Origin: Pyrinomonadaceae bacterium
GTDB taxonomy: Bacteria; Acidobacteriota; Blastocatellia; Pyrinomonadales; Pyrinomonadaceae
Reading direction: 5' to 3'
DNA: 64,000 nt
Assembly (NCBI GenBank): GCA_036389235.1
Contig: DASVQJ010000223.1
Span: 8,333-72,332 of the forward strand
In this document: one piece after another, positions 47,884 through 57,135 of the stretch
How the letters are laid out: each line of letters begins with the position of its first letter
Numbering within the stretch: the first letter of the stretch is position 1
Position numbers and translations under genes: made by a program
The notes under the pieces: generated by a model
What the model was told of the DNA's origin: nothing
Database searches by the model: none
The model's input: only the letters and a program-made list of their open reading frames with translations

Positions 47884-48912
47884 CTAGCTGACTGTGATGA
47901 GGTGCGGGCCGCGCTCCACGACGCGGCCGATGACGGAGGCGTCGGGGTATTGCTCGCGCAGGGAGGCGAGGAGGTCCGGGGCGCGGTCGCGTGCGACGGA
48001 GACGAGCAGGCCGCCGGCCGTCTGCGGGTCGAAGAGGAGGGAAGCGAGTTCCCTGCTTACGCCTTCGCCGAGCAGCACGTCCCCGCCCACGTAAGCCCGG
48101 TTCGACTTGTCGCCGCTCGTCAGCATCCCGGCCGCGGCCAGCCCCAGCGCGCCGCGGATGAGCGGCACGCTCGCCGAATCGATCTCCAGAGTCACGCCGC
48201 TCCCGCGCGCCAACTCCCACGCGTGGCCGAGCAGCGCGAAGCCCGTCACGTCGGTGGCCGCCGAAGCCCCCGCCTCCGTCATCAGGCGCGCCGCCTCGCG
48301 CCCCGAGAGCAGCATCGTGTCGAGCGACGCGCGCGTCACCTCCTCCGACGCCTTGCCGAACTTGATGCCGGTGGAGACGACGCCCGTCCCGACGGGCTTC
48401 GTCAGGAGGAGCGCGTCGCCGGGGCGCGCTCCGCGGTTGGTGACGACGCGCGCCGGGTCGACGACGCCGGTCACGGCGTAGCCGAACATGATCTGCTGGT
48501 TGTCCACGCTGTGGCCGCCGACGAGCGCGACGCCGTTCTCCTTCAAGACCTGCAAGCCGCCGCGCATGATCTCGCCGAGGATTTGGAAGTCCACCCCCTT
48601 CTTCGGGAAGCAGGTGACGGCGAGCGCGGTGAGGGGCGTGCCGCCCATCGCCCACACGTCGTTGATGGAGTTGAGCGCGCTGATGCGCCCGTAGTCGAAC
48701 GGGTCGTCGACAATCGGCGTGAAGAAGTCCACGGTCTGGACGAGGGCGAGCGTCTCCGAGAGACGGTAAACCCCCGCGTCGTCGGCCGTCTCGATGCCGA
48801 CAATCACATTCGGGTCGCGGGGAATGTCCAGGCCGCTCAAAACTTGAGCGAGTTCGCTCGGCGCGAGCTTAGCCGCTCAACCGGCGCACGAGACCATCTC
48901 GGTGAGACGCAT
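47884..48912 (-). CDS. selD: Selenide, water dikinase SelD with an in-frame UGA (selenocysteine) at codon 12
   Basis: aaggagg, 7 nt, then ATG 48912. [31 protein letters not shown]... aligns to the GxG(C/U)GCK active-site loop. The downstream body is typical of SelD ([21 protein letters not shown]). Confidence 0.85.
48844..48880 (-). promoter_or_regulatory. Candidate SECIS hairpin that starts at the selD UGA
   Basis: UUGAGCG-GCUAA-GCUCG-CGC-CGAGC-GAACU-CGCUCAA: 7-bp outer stem containing the UGA, an internal loop, and a 5-bp inner stem. Confidence 0.5.
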
Positions 48913-48934
48913 CGTTCGACCTCCTTAAAAGAAT

Positions 48935-49027
48935 GAAGTCAGGAGTCAGAAGTCAGGAGTCAGAAGTTGAAGAGGCGGCGGGCGCTTCTTCATTCTGACT
49001 CCTGACTCCTGACTTCTGACTCCTGAA
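48935..49027. repeat. Long hairpin built from heptamers (GAAGTCA/GGAGTCA) between the A2M gene and selD
   Basis: At least 25 bp of perfect arm complementarity. On the minus strand it is followed by uucuuuu, then aaggagg and the selD ATG. Confidence 0.85.
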
Positions 49028-49029
49028 TT

Positions 49030-52000
49030 TCATCGTACCACGAACCTTGTCGGGGCGACGACGGTGCGGGCCTCGGGGTTGTAGTAGTCGTAGAGCTGCG
49101 AGGGCGCGGTCAGCGCGTTGAGGCCGTAGCGCGGGCGGAACTTGAACTGGAAGCGCGTGCCGCCGCCCTGCGGCCAGAGGTAGACGACGAGGCGGTCGGG
49201 CAGCACGTCGTAGCCGTTGAGCGCCCAGCCCGACTCCGTCATCGCGCGTTCGAGCGACGCACGGTCAACGTCCGCGCCCGGCGGGAGCCCGACCTCGGCC
49301 AGCAACATGCCGTAGCCCGCGTGGCCGACGCGCTCGGCCGAGACGCTGCACGTCACCTCCTGACTCACGCCGGCGTCGGCGTGGTCGTAACCCACCGACA
49401 GCTTGAGCGCCGACGCCGCGCCGCGCTTCGGCCCGCCGCCGCCGCCTTCGGCCGGAGACTCGGCGCGCGCGCGCCAGGGCACGTAGAAGGTCGTGACGAG
49501 GTGCGCCTGCGCCGGCGTCGCCTGAGCGCGTCGTCGCAGCTCGACGCGGTTGCCGCCCGCGCCCAGGAAGGGCGTCAGGTCGAGCAGGAGCGGGCCGGCG
49601 AGTCTGTCCGGCGGGGGCAGCGTGAGCCGGCCAGCGACGCGGCCGTTGACGAAGACCTCGGCCACGTCTTCGGCCTGCGCGCCGTCCGTCCCGCCGCGCG
49701 CCGCGACCGCGGAGAGCAGCGCGTCGAAGACGTTGACGGTCGCCTGCGTCGAGTACCAGACGCCGTAGCGATCCTTCTTCCGCAGCAGAAAGGCGAGCCC
49801 GCGGTCGATCAACTGCCGAATGGAAGGAGGATTGACGACGGCGCCATCCTCATCCGTCTTCGATCCGCATTCCGAGTCCCGCATCCCGCAGTAACGGCTG
49901 AGCGCCTGTACGGCGAGCGCGGTCGTCTCGACGCGGCCGGCGAGACCCCAGCCGTAGAAGGGCGTGTTGGTTTCGAGCGCCCAGTAGGAGCCCGTGCCCT
50001 CTTCGAGCGCCAGCGCGCGCAGGCGCGTGGCGGCGCGCGCGACGAGTGCCGGCTCGCCCGCGTCCGCCGCGGCCAGCGCGAGCGAGGCGATGAGGTAAGG
50101 CTCGTCCGCCTCGTCGGCGCGCGCCGCGGCGTAAGTGAGTGCGCGCTCCAGCGGCGAGGACTGCTCCTTCGTCGCGTCGGCCCGCGCGGGCGTGGCTTGA
50201 GTGGGTGGAGTTTGCGCCGGCGATGCCTGAGCGACGGGGCCGCGTGCGGCGGGCTCGAACTTCTGCGTGGCGGCGAGGACGCGCGCGACGAAGACGGTCG
50301 TGAGCGGCGTCCGCCTCTGGTCTTCGCGGCCGTCCCACGTATGCGCGGGCCAACTCCCGTCCGTGCGTTGCCGCCCGAGCAGCCACCGGCGCGTCTCGGC
50401 AATAACACTCTCGTCAACTTCTATCACGCGGGACGCGTCCGACAGGAAGCGCAGGGCGTAGGCCGAGAGCGCGAGGTCGGCCTCGCCGCGCCCCCAGTAG
50501 GTGAAGCCGCCGCCCGGAGCGCGGTAGCCGAGCAGACGCTCGTAGCCGAGCCGCGCGTACTTGCGCGCGCGCGCGACCGTCTCGGGCTCGGACCCGCCGC
50601 CCTTCAACCTGCGGTAGTAGTCGAGCACGAGCACGCTCGGGTAGGCCGAAGAGATGGTCTGCTCGCCGCAGCCGTACGGGCGCGACATGATCGCCTCGAC
50701 GCCTTCGAGCACGTGGGCCGTCAGGTTCGGGTAGACCTTCAGCTCGCCGCGCAAAGAACCGCGCAGGACGTCCGCGGGGACGTTGACCGCGAGCGCGCCC
50801 GAATCTCTCAGGAGCGTGCCGTCCGTGACCGAGCGCTCCTCGCCGTCCGGGTGGACGGTGACGGGCTTCTCGACGGCGTCGGAGGCGTCGGGGCCGAGCG
50901 CCGTCACGCGCTGCTTCCCGTCCGTCACCGACGCGACGGCGCGGAAGTCGAAGGTCGGGCGCGCGGCGTCGCCCGCGGGCACCAAAGCGCGACTGCGCGC
51001 CGCGCCGCCGAGCGCGAACCAGCTCTCGGGCTTCATCTCCACGTCAACGCCCTGCGGCTTCGTGAGGTAGTTGCGCAGCACGACGGGCAGGGAGATTTCG
51101 TCGCCCTCGGTGAGCACGCGCGGCGGGTCGTGCTCGACGAAGAAGGGCTGGAAGGAGAGGAACTCCTGCTCGGCCGTGCCGAGCCGCCCGTCCTCGGTCG
51201 AGGCGATGACGGACATCTTCCACGTCGTGATGTTGTCGGCGAGCTTGAAGTTGAGGCGCGCGGTGCCGTCGCCCGCGGTCTCAAGCTCCGGGCTCCAGAC
51301 GAGGGTCTCGGGGAAGAACTCGCGCAGCCGCGGCGTCGAGAGCGGCGCCTGCACGGCGGGCCGCCTCGCGGACTCCGTGGCGGAGACGGAGGTCTGCGCC
51401 ATCGCGCCCGCCGAGTCTCTGTCGCCGGTCACCGTCACGACCTCCGACGCGGCGGCCGGGGACAGGTTGGCGTCCAGCTTCGTCACGTTCGAAGAGATGA
51501 CGCGGACGGCCTCAACCGTCAGCGTCGTGAAGCCGGACGCGGCGAACGTCACGGTGTAGACGCCGGAAGGGAGGTCGCGCAGGAGGTACGTGCCGTCGTC
51601 GTTCGTCGTCGCGCCGGCCTCGAACTCGACGAAGCCGTGTTTGGCCGTGACGGTGGCGCCGGAGATGACCGCGCCGTTCGGGTCGAACACCGTCCCCGTG
51701 ATCGCGCCCGTGCCGCCCGAGAAGTTCGTCGCCGGCTTGACCGGCACGGGCGCCGCGTCCTGCGCCGTCTGCTCGGCGCCGACGCTCGTGTGGTACGCGA
51801 GCGTGAAGTCGTCGGACGTGCCCTCGCGCCCGTCCGGGCCGGCGCTGCGCAGCAAGAGCGTGTGGACGGTCTGCGTGAGCGGCCGCGCCGAACGCTTCAC
51901 GCCGCCGGCCGAGCGCGTCGCGACCTCGAAGCGGTCGGTGAACCTCGCGCCGGTCGAGAAGGTCGCGTACGCGGGGCGGCCCCAGCCGTCGCGCAGCGCT

Positions 52001-55000
52001 TCGAGGCCGAGCGAAGACTTCGACAGCGCCGAGGCCAGCTCGCCGCGCGTGCGCGGGAACGCGCGCCCCTCGCGCGTGCTCCGGTCGAGCGCCGCGCCGA
52101 GTGACTGGCGCGACTCCTCGAAGTAGTCGGTCAGCAGGTTCCAGATGTCGAAGTCGTCCGAGGAAGGGTGTCGGCCGCGCTGCGGCGCGAAGACGCGGTC
52201 GGGGCCGCCGCTCTCGACGACGATGACGTAGTGCGTGCCGCTCGTCTCGAAGTGGAAGCGGTAGGGCTGACCCCAGCGGTCGCGCAGGGCGTCGTCGCCC
52301 ACGCCGTTGCGGCGCAGCTCCGCGAGCAGCGTGGCGAGGTCGCGCACGTAGCCGCCGGTGCGCCGGTGGTAGTCGGCGGCGGCCCGATTGATGGCCTCGC
52401 CCGTCTTGCGGAAGTAGGGCCAGCGGAAGCTCGCGGCGACGAAGTCGTCGTCGGTGCCGGGGCGCTCGTCGGCGCCGCTGCTCAGGAGTTCGAGCTGGTC
52501 GTTCACGCGCTCGAAGGAGAAGCGCGTCCGGAAGGGCTGACCCCACGGGTCGCGCAGCGCCGCGAAGTCAACGCCCGCCTGCGCGAGCGTGCGGACGAGC
52601 GCCGCCTCGTCCGAAGGGTACTCGGCCGCGCCGTCGTAGCGCGCGTTCAATGCGTCGGCGAGCGGCTTGAGCTGCGCCTTGACGAGGTCGGCGAAGACGC
52701 GCGACTGCTCGCGCTCGAAGTCCGTGCCCGTCGTCACGCGGTTGTAGTCGTAGGGGCGTTCGTTGTTGTAGAGCATCTCGGCGACCGTGTCGAAGCCCGC
52801 GGGGCGACTGCCCGCGGGGTCGAGCCGCTCCACGTCGCGGCGCGTGACGCCGGCGATGTTCCAGTAGCCGTACCAGTATTCGAGGAACGAGCCCGAGAAG
52901 CCGAAGCCGCGCCCGGCCTCGCCGTCGGTGCGCGCGCGCTCCTCTACGGCCTTGTCGAAGACGACGACGCCGAGCGCGCCCGACGCGCGCCGCCCGTCGG
53001 CCGTGCGCACGGCGAACTGCGCGCCCGCCTCCTCGCCCGGGCGGAAGCTCTCCCGCGTGAGCTTCACGTCGAGCTTCAGCTCGCGGTCGCGCGGGAAGAC
53101 GACCGTGCGCGCGCCCATGCTGAAAGTCTCGCCGTCGCCGCCGGGCGCGGGCGCCGCGCTCGTCGCGTTGACGGAGACGGCGCCCGCGAAGTCCCGGCCC
53201 GTGGGGATGACGAGCGCCGCCCGCCCGCCGGAGAGACGCGCCGTGCGCGAGTAGAGCGTGCGCCCCTCCGCGACCGCTTCAACCACGACGCCCATGCGCT
53301 CGGCGTCGGACGACAGCTCGACCCTCACCGGCTCGCCCGCGGCGTAGACGGTCTTGTCGGTCTCGACGCGAATCTCGGGCACGTCGCTGCGGTAGTGGCT
53401 GAGCCAGAAGTCCTCGCCGTGACGGCCCGCGCGGCCCGAGCGGTCGCGTGCGACGAAGCGCAGCGGGAGGTTGCTGCGCGTCTCGTCGCGGCTCAAGGCC
53501 GGGCCAGAGACCTTCGCCACGCCGTAGCGGTTCGTGTGCACGTTGACGAGCACGCGGTCGGCCTCCTTCAACTCGTGGACGCGGCCGTCGTCGCCCCGCT
53601 TCGTCTCCGTCGTGCCCTCCTCGTAGACGGTCACGTCGCACTCGGCCGGCGTGCCGTCGGCGTAGAAGGTCGCGAGGTAGAAGGCGAGCGGCAGCCCCTT
53701 CGCCTGCCGGTAGCGCCCCTCGCTGACGTAGAGGTGGACGGGGTCTTTCGTCAGGCGCACGGCGAAGCGGCGCTGCTCGGTGCGGTTGGTCGTCGCGTCC
53801 GTGACGTAGGCGACGAAGTCGAGGTCGCGGAAGCGCTCGTAGCCGGACTCAGACAGCTCCCCGTACTCCTCCTTCGCGTCCAGACGCGCGAGGTAGAGCC
53901 CCTCTCTCAGCTCGCCCTCGACGGCCGGCTGCTCCTCGGTCTCGTACTTCTGCTCCTTGTAGTTCCAGCGCCGCTCGGTCTGGCGCACGACGCGCACGCG
54001 GCCGCGCCTGACCGGCTGGCCGAAGAGGTAGTCGGCGCGCACCTCGACCGAAGGGTTCTGGCCGTCGAGGTAGTACGTGCGGTCGGGCTTCGCCGTGACG
54101 GAGAAGTTCGGCAGGTCGTAGCGGCTGATGCGGAAGTCCGTGCGCGCCCCGTAGTCGACGTCGTACTTGTCCTCGTCCATCAAGAGCTTGAGCGCGTAGG
54201 TGCCGAGCTTCGTGCCCTCGGGCACGCGCCAGTCGGCCGCGGCGACGCCGAAGCGCGAGGTCTTGAGTTCCGCGCTGAAGGCCGTGGAGTCCTCCTCGTC
54301 CTCGACACGGAAGGCGACCTCCTCGCCCGAGAGCGCGCGGCCGCCCTGGTCGAAGACGAGCGCGCGCATGTGCACGGTCTGCCCCGGCTGGTAGAGCGGC
54401 TTGTCGGTGGTGAGGAGGACGCGCGGCGTCTCCCCGACGGACACGTCCGTCTCGGCCCGCTCGACGAGCACGCCGCGCCGCGCCGTGACCTCAAGCTCCG
54501 CCTCGTCGTCGTCGAGTCGGAGAGCGCGCGGCACGTCGAAGTCGAGCGTGACGAAGCCTTCGCCGTCGGTCGCGCCCGACGCCTTGAGGACGTTCTTCTT
54601 GTCGTCCGCCTCCTCGAAGGTGAGCGTGGCCTCGACGGCGACGCCCTTGAGGGGGCGCCCGTTGACGGGGTGGGCCGCGCGCGCCCGCGCGCCGTAGTGC
54701 GAGCCGGGGCGCGCGGCGGGGGCCGAGATGACGCTCAGCTCGAAGAGGTCGGGCGTGACCTCGGAGACGGAGACGACGCCTCCGAGCGCGGGCGGGGCTT
54801 CGGCCGCCGAAGTCGGCGCGACGCTGTAGCGCAGTCGATACCAGGGGAACTCCTTGCGCTCCGCGTCGAGCAGTTGCGCGTAGGGGAGTTCGAGCGCGAC
54901 GTCCAGGGCGTTGGGGCCGCGGCGCAGGCGCACGTCCGAAGCGGCCGCGGCGCGCACGCGGTCGTGCGGGTCGAGCAGTTCGACGCGCAGGCGTGCGTCG

Positions 55001-55191
55001 AAGTCGCGGCCGGTGCCGTTCTCGACCTCGACGCGGACGCGCGCCGAGCCGGAGTCGAGCGAGAGCCTGATGCGTGACTCGTCTAAGCGGAAGGCGGGCG
55101 CCGCGCTCGAAAGGTGGGCGGCCAGCAGGCACACGAAGAGGCCCAGAAGGGCGGGGGCAGACCTCCGTACCATTAACGTTTCCCTCCTCAA
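49030..55191 (-). CDS. Bacterial alpha-2-macroglobulin family protein (2053 aa) with a thioester motif
   Basis: Signal peptide, MG-domain series, CarboxypepD_reg-like segment (ITGTVFDPNGAVISGATVTA), thioester PYGCGEQ, TED/terpenoid-cyclase-like region and C-terminal receptor-like domain. Three GspG-like inserts are described in the findings. Confidence 0.85.
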   Translation of the reverse strand: MRRETLMVRRSAPALLGLFVCLLAAHLSSAAPAFRLDESRIRLSLDSGSARVRVEVENGTGRDFDARLRVELLDPHDRVRAAAASDVRLRRGPNALDVALELPYAQLLDAERKEFPWYRLRYSVAPTSAAEAPPALGGVVSVSEVTPDLFELSVISAPAARPGSHYGARARAAHPVNGRPLKGVAVEATLTFEEADDKKNVLKASGATDGEGFVTLDFDVPRALRLDDDEAELEVTARRGVLVERAETDVSVGETPRVLLTTDKPLYQPGQTVHMRALVFDQGGRALSGEEVAFRVEDEEDSTAFSAELKTSRFGVAAADWRVPEGTKLGTYALKLLMDEDKYDVDYGARTDFRISRYDLPNFSVTAKPDRTYYLDGQNPSVEVRADYLFGQPVRRGRVRVVRQTERRWNYKEQKYETEEQPAVEGELREGLYLARLDAKEEYGELSESGYERFRDLDFVAYVTDATTNRTEQRRFAVRLTKDPVHLYVSEGRYRQAKGLPLAFYLATFYADGTPAECDVTVYEEGTTETKRGDDGRVHELKEADRVLVNVHTNRYGVAKVSGPALSRDETRSNLPLRFVARDRSGRAGRHGEDFWLSHYRSDVPEIRVETDKTVYAAGEPVRVELSSDAERMGVVVEAVAEGRTLYSRTARLSGGRAALVIPTGRDFAGAVSVNATSAAPAPGGDGETFSMGARTVVFPRDRELKLDVKLTRESFRPGEEAGAQFAVRTADGRRASGALGVVVFDKAVEERARTDGEAGRGFGFSGSFLEYWYGYWNIAGVTRRDVERLDPAGSRPAGFDTVAEMLYNNERPYDYNRVTTGTDFEREQSRVFADLVKAQLKPLADALNARYDGAAEYPSDEAALVRTLAQAGVDFAALRDPWGQPFRTRFSFERVNDQLELLSSGADERPGTDDDFVAASFRWPYFRKTGEAINRAAADYHRRTGGYVRDLATLLAELRRNGVGDDALRDRWGQPYRFHFETSGTHYVIVVESGGPDRVFAPQRGRHPSSDDFDIWNLLTDYFEESRQSLGAALDRSTREGRAFPRTRGELASALSKSSLGLEALRDGWGRPAYATFSTGARFTDRFEVATRSAGGVKRSARPLTQTVHTLLLRSAGPDGREGTSDDFTLAYHTSVGAEQTAQDAAPVPVKPATNFSGGTGAITGTVFDPNGAVISGATVTAKHGFVEFEAGATTNDDGTYLLRDLPSGVYTVTFAASGFTTLTVEAVRVISSNVTKLDANLSPAAASEVVTVTGDRDSAGAMAQTSVSATESARRPAVQAPLSTPRLREFFPETLVWSPELETAGDGTARLNFKLADNITTWKMSVIASTEDGRLGTAEQEFLSFQPFFVEHDPPRVLTEGDEISLPVVLRNYLTKPQGVDVEMKPESWFALGGAARSRALVPAGDAARPTFDFRAVASVTDGKQRVTALGPDASDAVEKPVTVHPDGEERSVTDGTLLRDSGALAVNVPADVLRGSLRGELKVYPNLTAHVLEGVEAIMSRPYGCGEQTISSAYPSVLVLDYYRRLKGGGSEPETVARARKYARLGYERLLGYRAPGGGFTYWGRGEADLALSAYALRFLSDASRVIEVDESVIAETRRWLLGRQRTDGSWPAHTWDGREDQRRTPLTTVFVARVLAATQKFEPAARGPVAQASPAQTPPTQATPARADATKEQSSPLERALTYAAARADEADEPYLIASLALAAADAGEPALVARAATRLRALALEEGTGSYWALETNTPFYGWGLAGRVETTALAVQALSRYCGMRDSECGSKTDEDGAVVNPPSIRQLIDRGLAFLLRKKDRYGVWYSTQATVNVFDALLSAVAARGGTDGAQAEDVAEVFVNGRVAGRLTLPPPDRLAGPLLLDLTPFLGAGGNRVELRRRAQATPAQAHLVTTFYVPWRARAESPAEGGGGGPKRGAASALKLSVGYDHADAGVSQEVTCSVSAERVGHAGYGMLLAEVGLPPGADVDRASLERAMTESGWALNGYDVLPDRLVVYLWPQGGGTRFQFKFRPRYGLNALTAPSQLYDYYNPEARTVVAPTRFVVR

Positions 55192-55314
55192 GTTGTGCCC
55201 GTGTGATGCGGACGCGTCGCCCGACGGTTGGAGAGGCTCGGCGGAAAATTTTCGGGTGAGGGGTTAAGACTTCAACGGCCTTATCCTCTCTTACTTGAAT
55301 GCGGCGTGACATTC

Positions 55315-55402
55315 GTTAACCACAGAGGCACAGAGGACACGGAGGTTGCACGGAGGGATGTCTCTGTGCCCCCTCTGCGTACTCTGTGCCTCTGTGGTTA
55401 AC
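55315..55402. repeat. Hairpin built from octamers (CACAGAGG) with perfect 21-bp outer stems
   Basis: gttaaccacagaggcacagag (55315-55335) is the exact complement of 55382-55402. Confidence 0.85.
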
Positions 55403-55446
55403 CGCCCCCACTCTACACGCAAGCTACGAGGTCAAGGTGACGCTCG

Positions 55447-56358
55447 TCAGAATGGACGGGCGGCTTCCTGTAGTCGCTCGCGGTGTTCGAGGATGTATTC
55501 GATGAAGGCGCGCGTCGGCGAGGGCTGGAAGCGGCCGAGGGCGATGACGGCGACGGCGCGCGTGAGGCGGTGGCCCGAGACGCGCAGCCAGGAGAGCCGT
55601 TTGGCCTCGACCTCCTCGCGCACGGCCCACGAGGGCATGACCGAGACGCCGAGGCCGTGCTCGACCATGAGCTTGATGAAGTAGGTGTCGTTCGATTCGA
55701 GCGCGAGGTCGGGGCTCAAGTCCACGCGCTTGAAGAAGGCGTCGGTGGCGCGGCGGATCGAGGCGCCCTGCTCGAAGAGGATGAAGCGCTCGCGGCGCAT
55801 CTCCGTCACGCCGACCTCGCGCGCCGCGGCGAGCCTGTGGCGCGCCGCGGTGACGACGCCCAGCTCGTCCTCGAACAGCTCCGTCACCTGGAGCGCGGGC
55901 GAGTAGACGGGGAGCGAGGCGAAGCCCACGTCGGCGGCGCCGTTGAGGATGTCGGCCACGGTCTGCTCGGTGCTGACGGTCGTGCGGAAGGAGAGTTCGA
56001 CGCCTTCGTGGTCGCGCATGAACGACTCGAAGAGGCGCGCGAAGAGGTGGACGAAGGCTTGCGTGGCGGCGGCGGCCCGGACGCGCCCCCGCGGCTCGTG
56101 CTCGTCGCCGCGGATGCGCTCGCGCAGGGCGTCCGCCTCTTCGAGGATGCGCTCGGCGTAGGAGAGCGCGAGCTGGCCGGAGTCGGTGAGGCGCACGCCC
56201 CCCTTGGCGCGGATGAAGAGCGGCTCGCCCAACTCGCGCTCCAGAGCCTTGATCTGGTGGCTGACGGCCGACTGCGTCATGTTAAGTTTCTGTGCCGCGC
56301 GTGTGAACGAGAGCGCCTCGGCGACCTCGCGGAAAGTTCTTAACTGCGACAGCTCCAT
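55447..56358 (-). CDS. LysR-family transcriptional regulator
   Basis: N-terminal wHTH MELSQLRTFREVAEALSFTRAAQKLNMTQSAVSHQIKALE plus a LysR substrate-binding domain. Confidence 0.85.
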   Translation of the reverse strand: MELSQLRTFREVAEALSFTRAAQKLNMTQSAVSHQIKALERELGEPLFIRAKGGVRLTDSGQLALSYAERILEEADALRERIRGDEHEPRGRVRAAAATQAFVHLFARLFESFMRDHEGVELSFRTTVSTEQTVADILNGAADVGFASLPVYSPALQVTELFEDELGVVTAARHRLAAAREVGVTEMRRERFILFEQGASIRRATDAFFKRVDLSPDLALESNDTYFIKLMVEHGLGVSVMPSWAVREEVEAKRLSWLRVSGHRLTRAVAVIALGRFQPSPTRAFIEYILEHRERLQEAARPF

Positions 56359-56530
56359 GCCTTACGCCTTTCGGGAAATGTGGATGAATATAGTTAATCC
56401 GCCCGATGAACACAATGCGTTAGACGCGGGGCAAAGCCGCGCCTAACATCGGCGTCGAACCTACGCGAACAAACACCGGGTTCATACAAGGTCGCGGCCG
56501 CGGGGCCGCATTTGAGGAAGGAGCTTTAAG

Positions 56531-56836
56531 ATGATTCCGTTCAGACTCGACTACGTGATTGAGAAGGCCATCGGCGAGGGCGCGTGTGAGGAGCAGAAGG
56601 TTCTGAGGGAGCTGGCCGGCGTGCGTTTGAGGCCGGCCGAGGCGCGCGCCGAGTGGCCGCGCGTGCTCGAACACAAGTGGTTCGTCAGCGAGCGCGTGGG
56701 GCGGGACGTGGGCCTGCGCGTCGCCGCGCTCGACTACTTCGAGAACGTCCGCCTCCCGCGCCACACGCGCACGTCGTACAAACCCGTAGCTTCGCGCCTC
56801 CGCCGCGCCACACGGGAGCAAAGGCTGTCAGCGTAA
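56531..56836 (+). CDS. Small conserved protein (DUF4032-like, tentative), divergent from the LysR gene
   Basis: The motif EHKWFVSERVGRDVGLRVAALDYFEN resembles a conserved family I recall as DUF4032. Confidence 0.35.
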   Translation: MIPFRLDYVIEKAIGEGACEEQKVLRELAGVRLRPAEARAEWPRVLEHKWFVSERVGRDVGLRVAALDYFENVRLPRHTRTSYKPVASRLRRATREQRLSA

Positions 56837-56869
56837 TCCCCGCGCGGGCGCAGGAGAAGAAGGGAATCA

Positions 56870-57134
56870 TTAACACGGCTGGACGGGATGAGCAGGATAA
56901 GGGGTTTAAGATTTGAGATTTCAAATTTGAAATCTTCAATCTCTCAAAGCGGTTCTCATCCGGACGGGTATGAAGTGGGCTTTCAACACGGAGACACGGA
57001 GACACAGCTTCGTCTTTAGTATTCAACCAGCCGTGTCTCTGTGTCTCTGTGTCTCTGTGTTAAATCGCTCTCGCTTTCACCCAACTGCATACTGCAATAA
57101 TTCCTATCCCGTACGTCCTGTCCAGCCGTGTTAA
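56870..57134. repeat. Nested palindromic element: outer inverted repeats enclose two word-repeat hairpins
   Basis: Outer arms are ttaacacggctggacgggatgagcaggataagg (56870-) and its near-complement ending at 57134. Inner hairpins are gatttgagatttcaaatttgaaatcttcaatc and cacggagacacggagacacag...ccgtgtctctgtgtctctgtgtctctgtg. Confidence 0.8.
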
Positions 57135-57135
57135 T

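Noticed and set aside
52168-55077. 969-aa plus-strand ORF (and 49321..52104, 927 aa) antisense to the alpha-2-macroglobulin gene
   Set aside because: Same shadow-ORF composition. The minus strand carries a continuous 2053-aa protein with a CGEQ thioester and MG-domain features.
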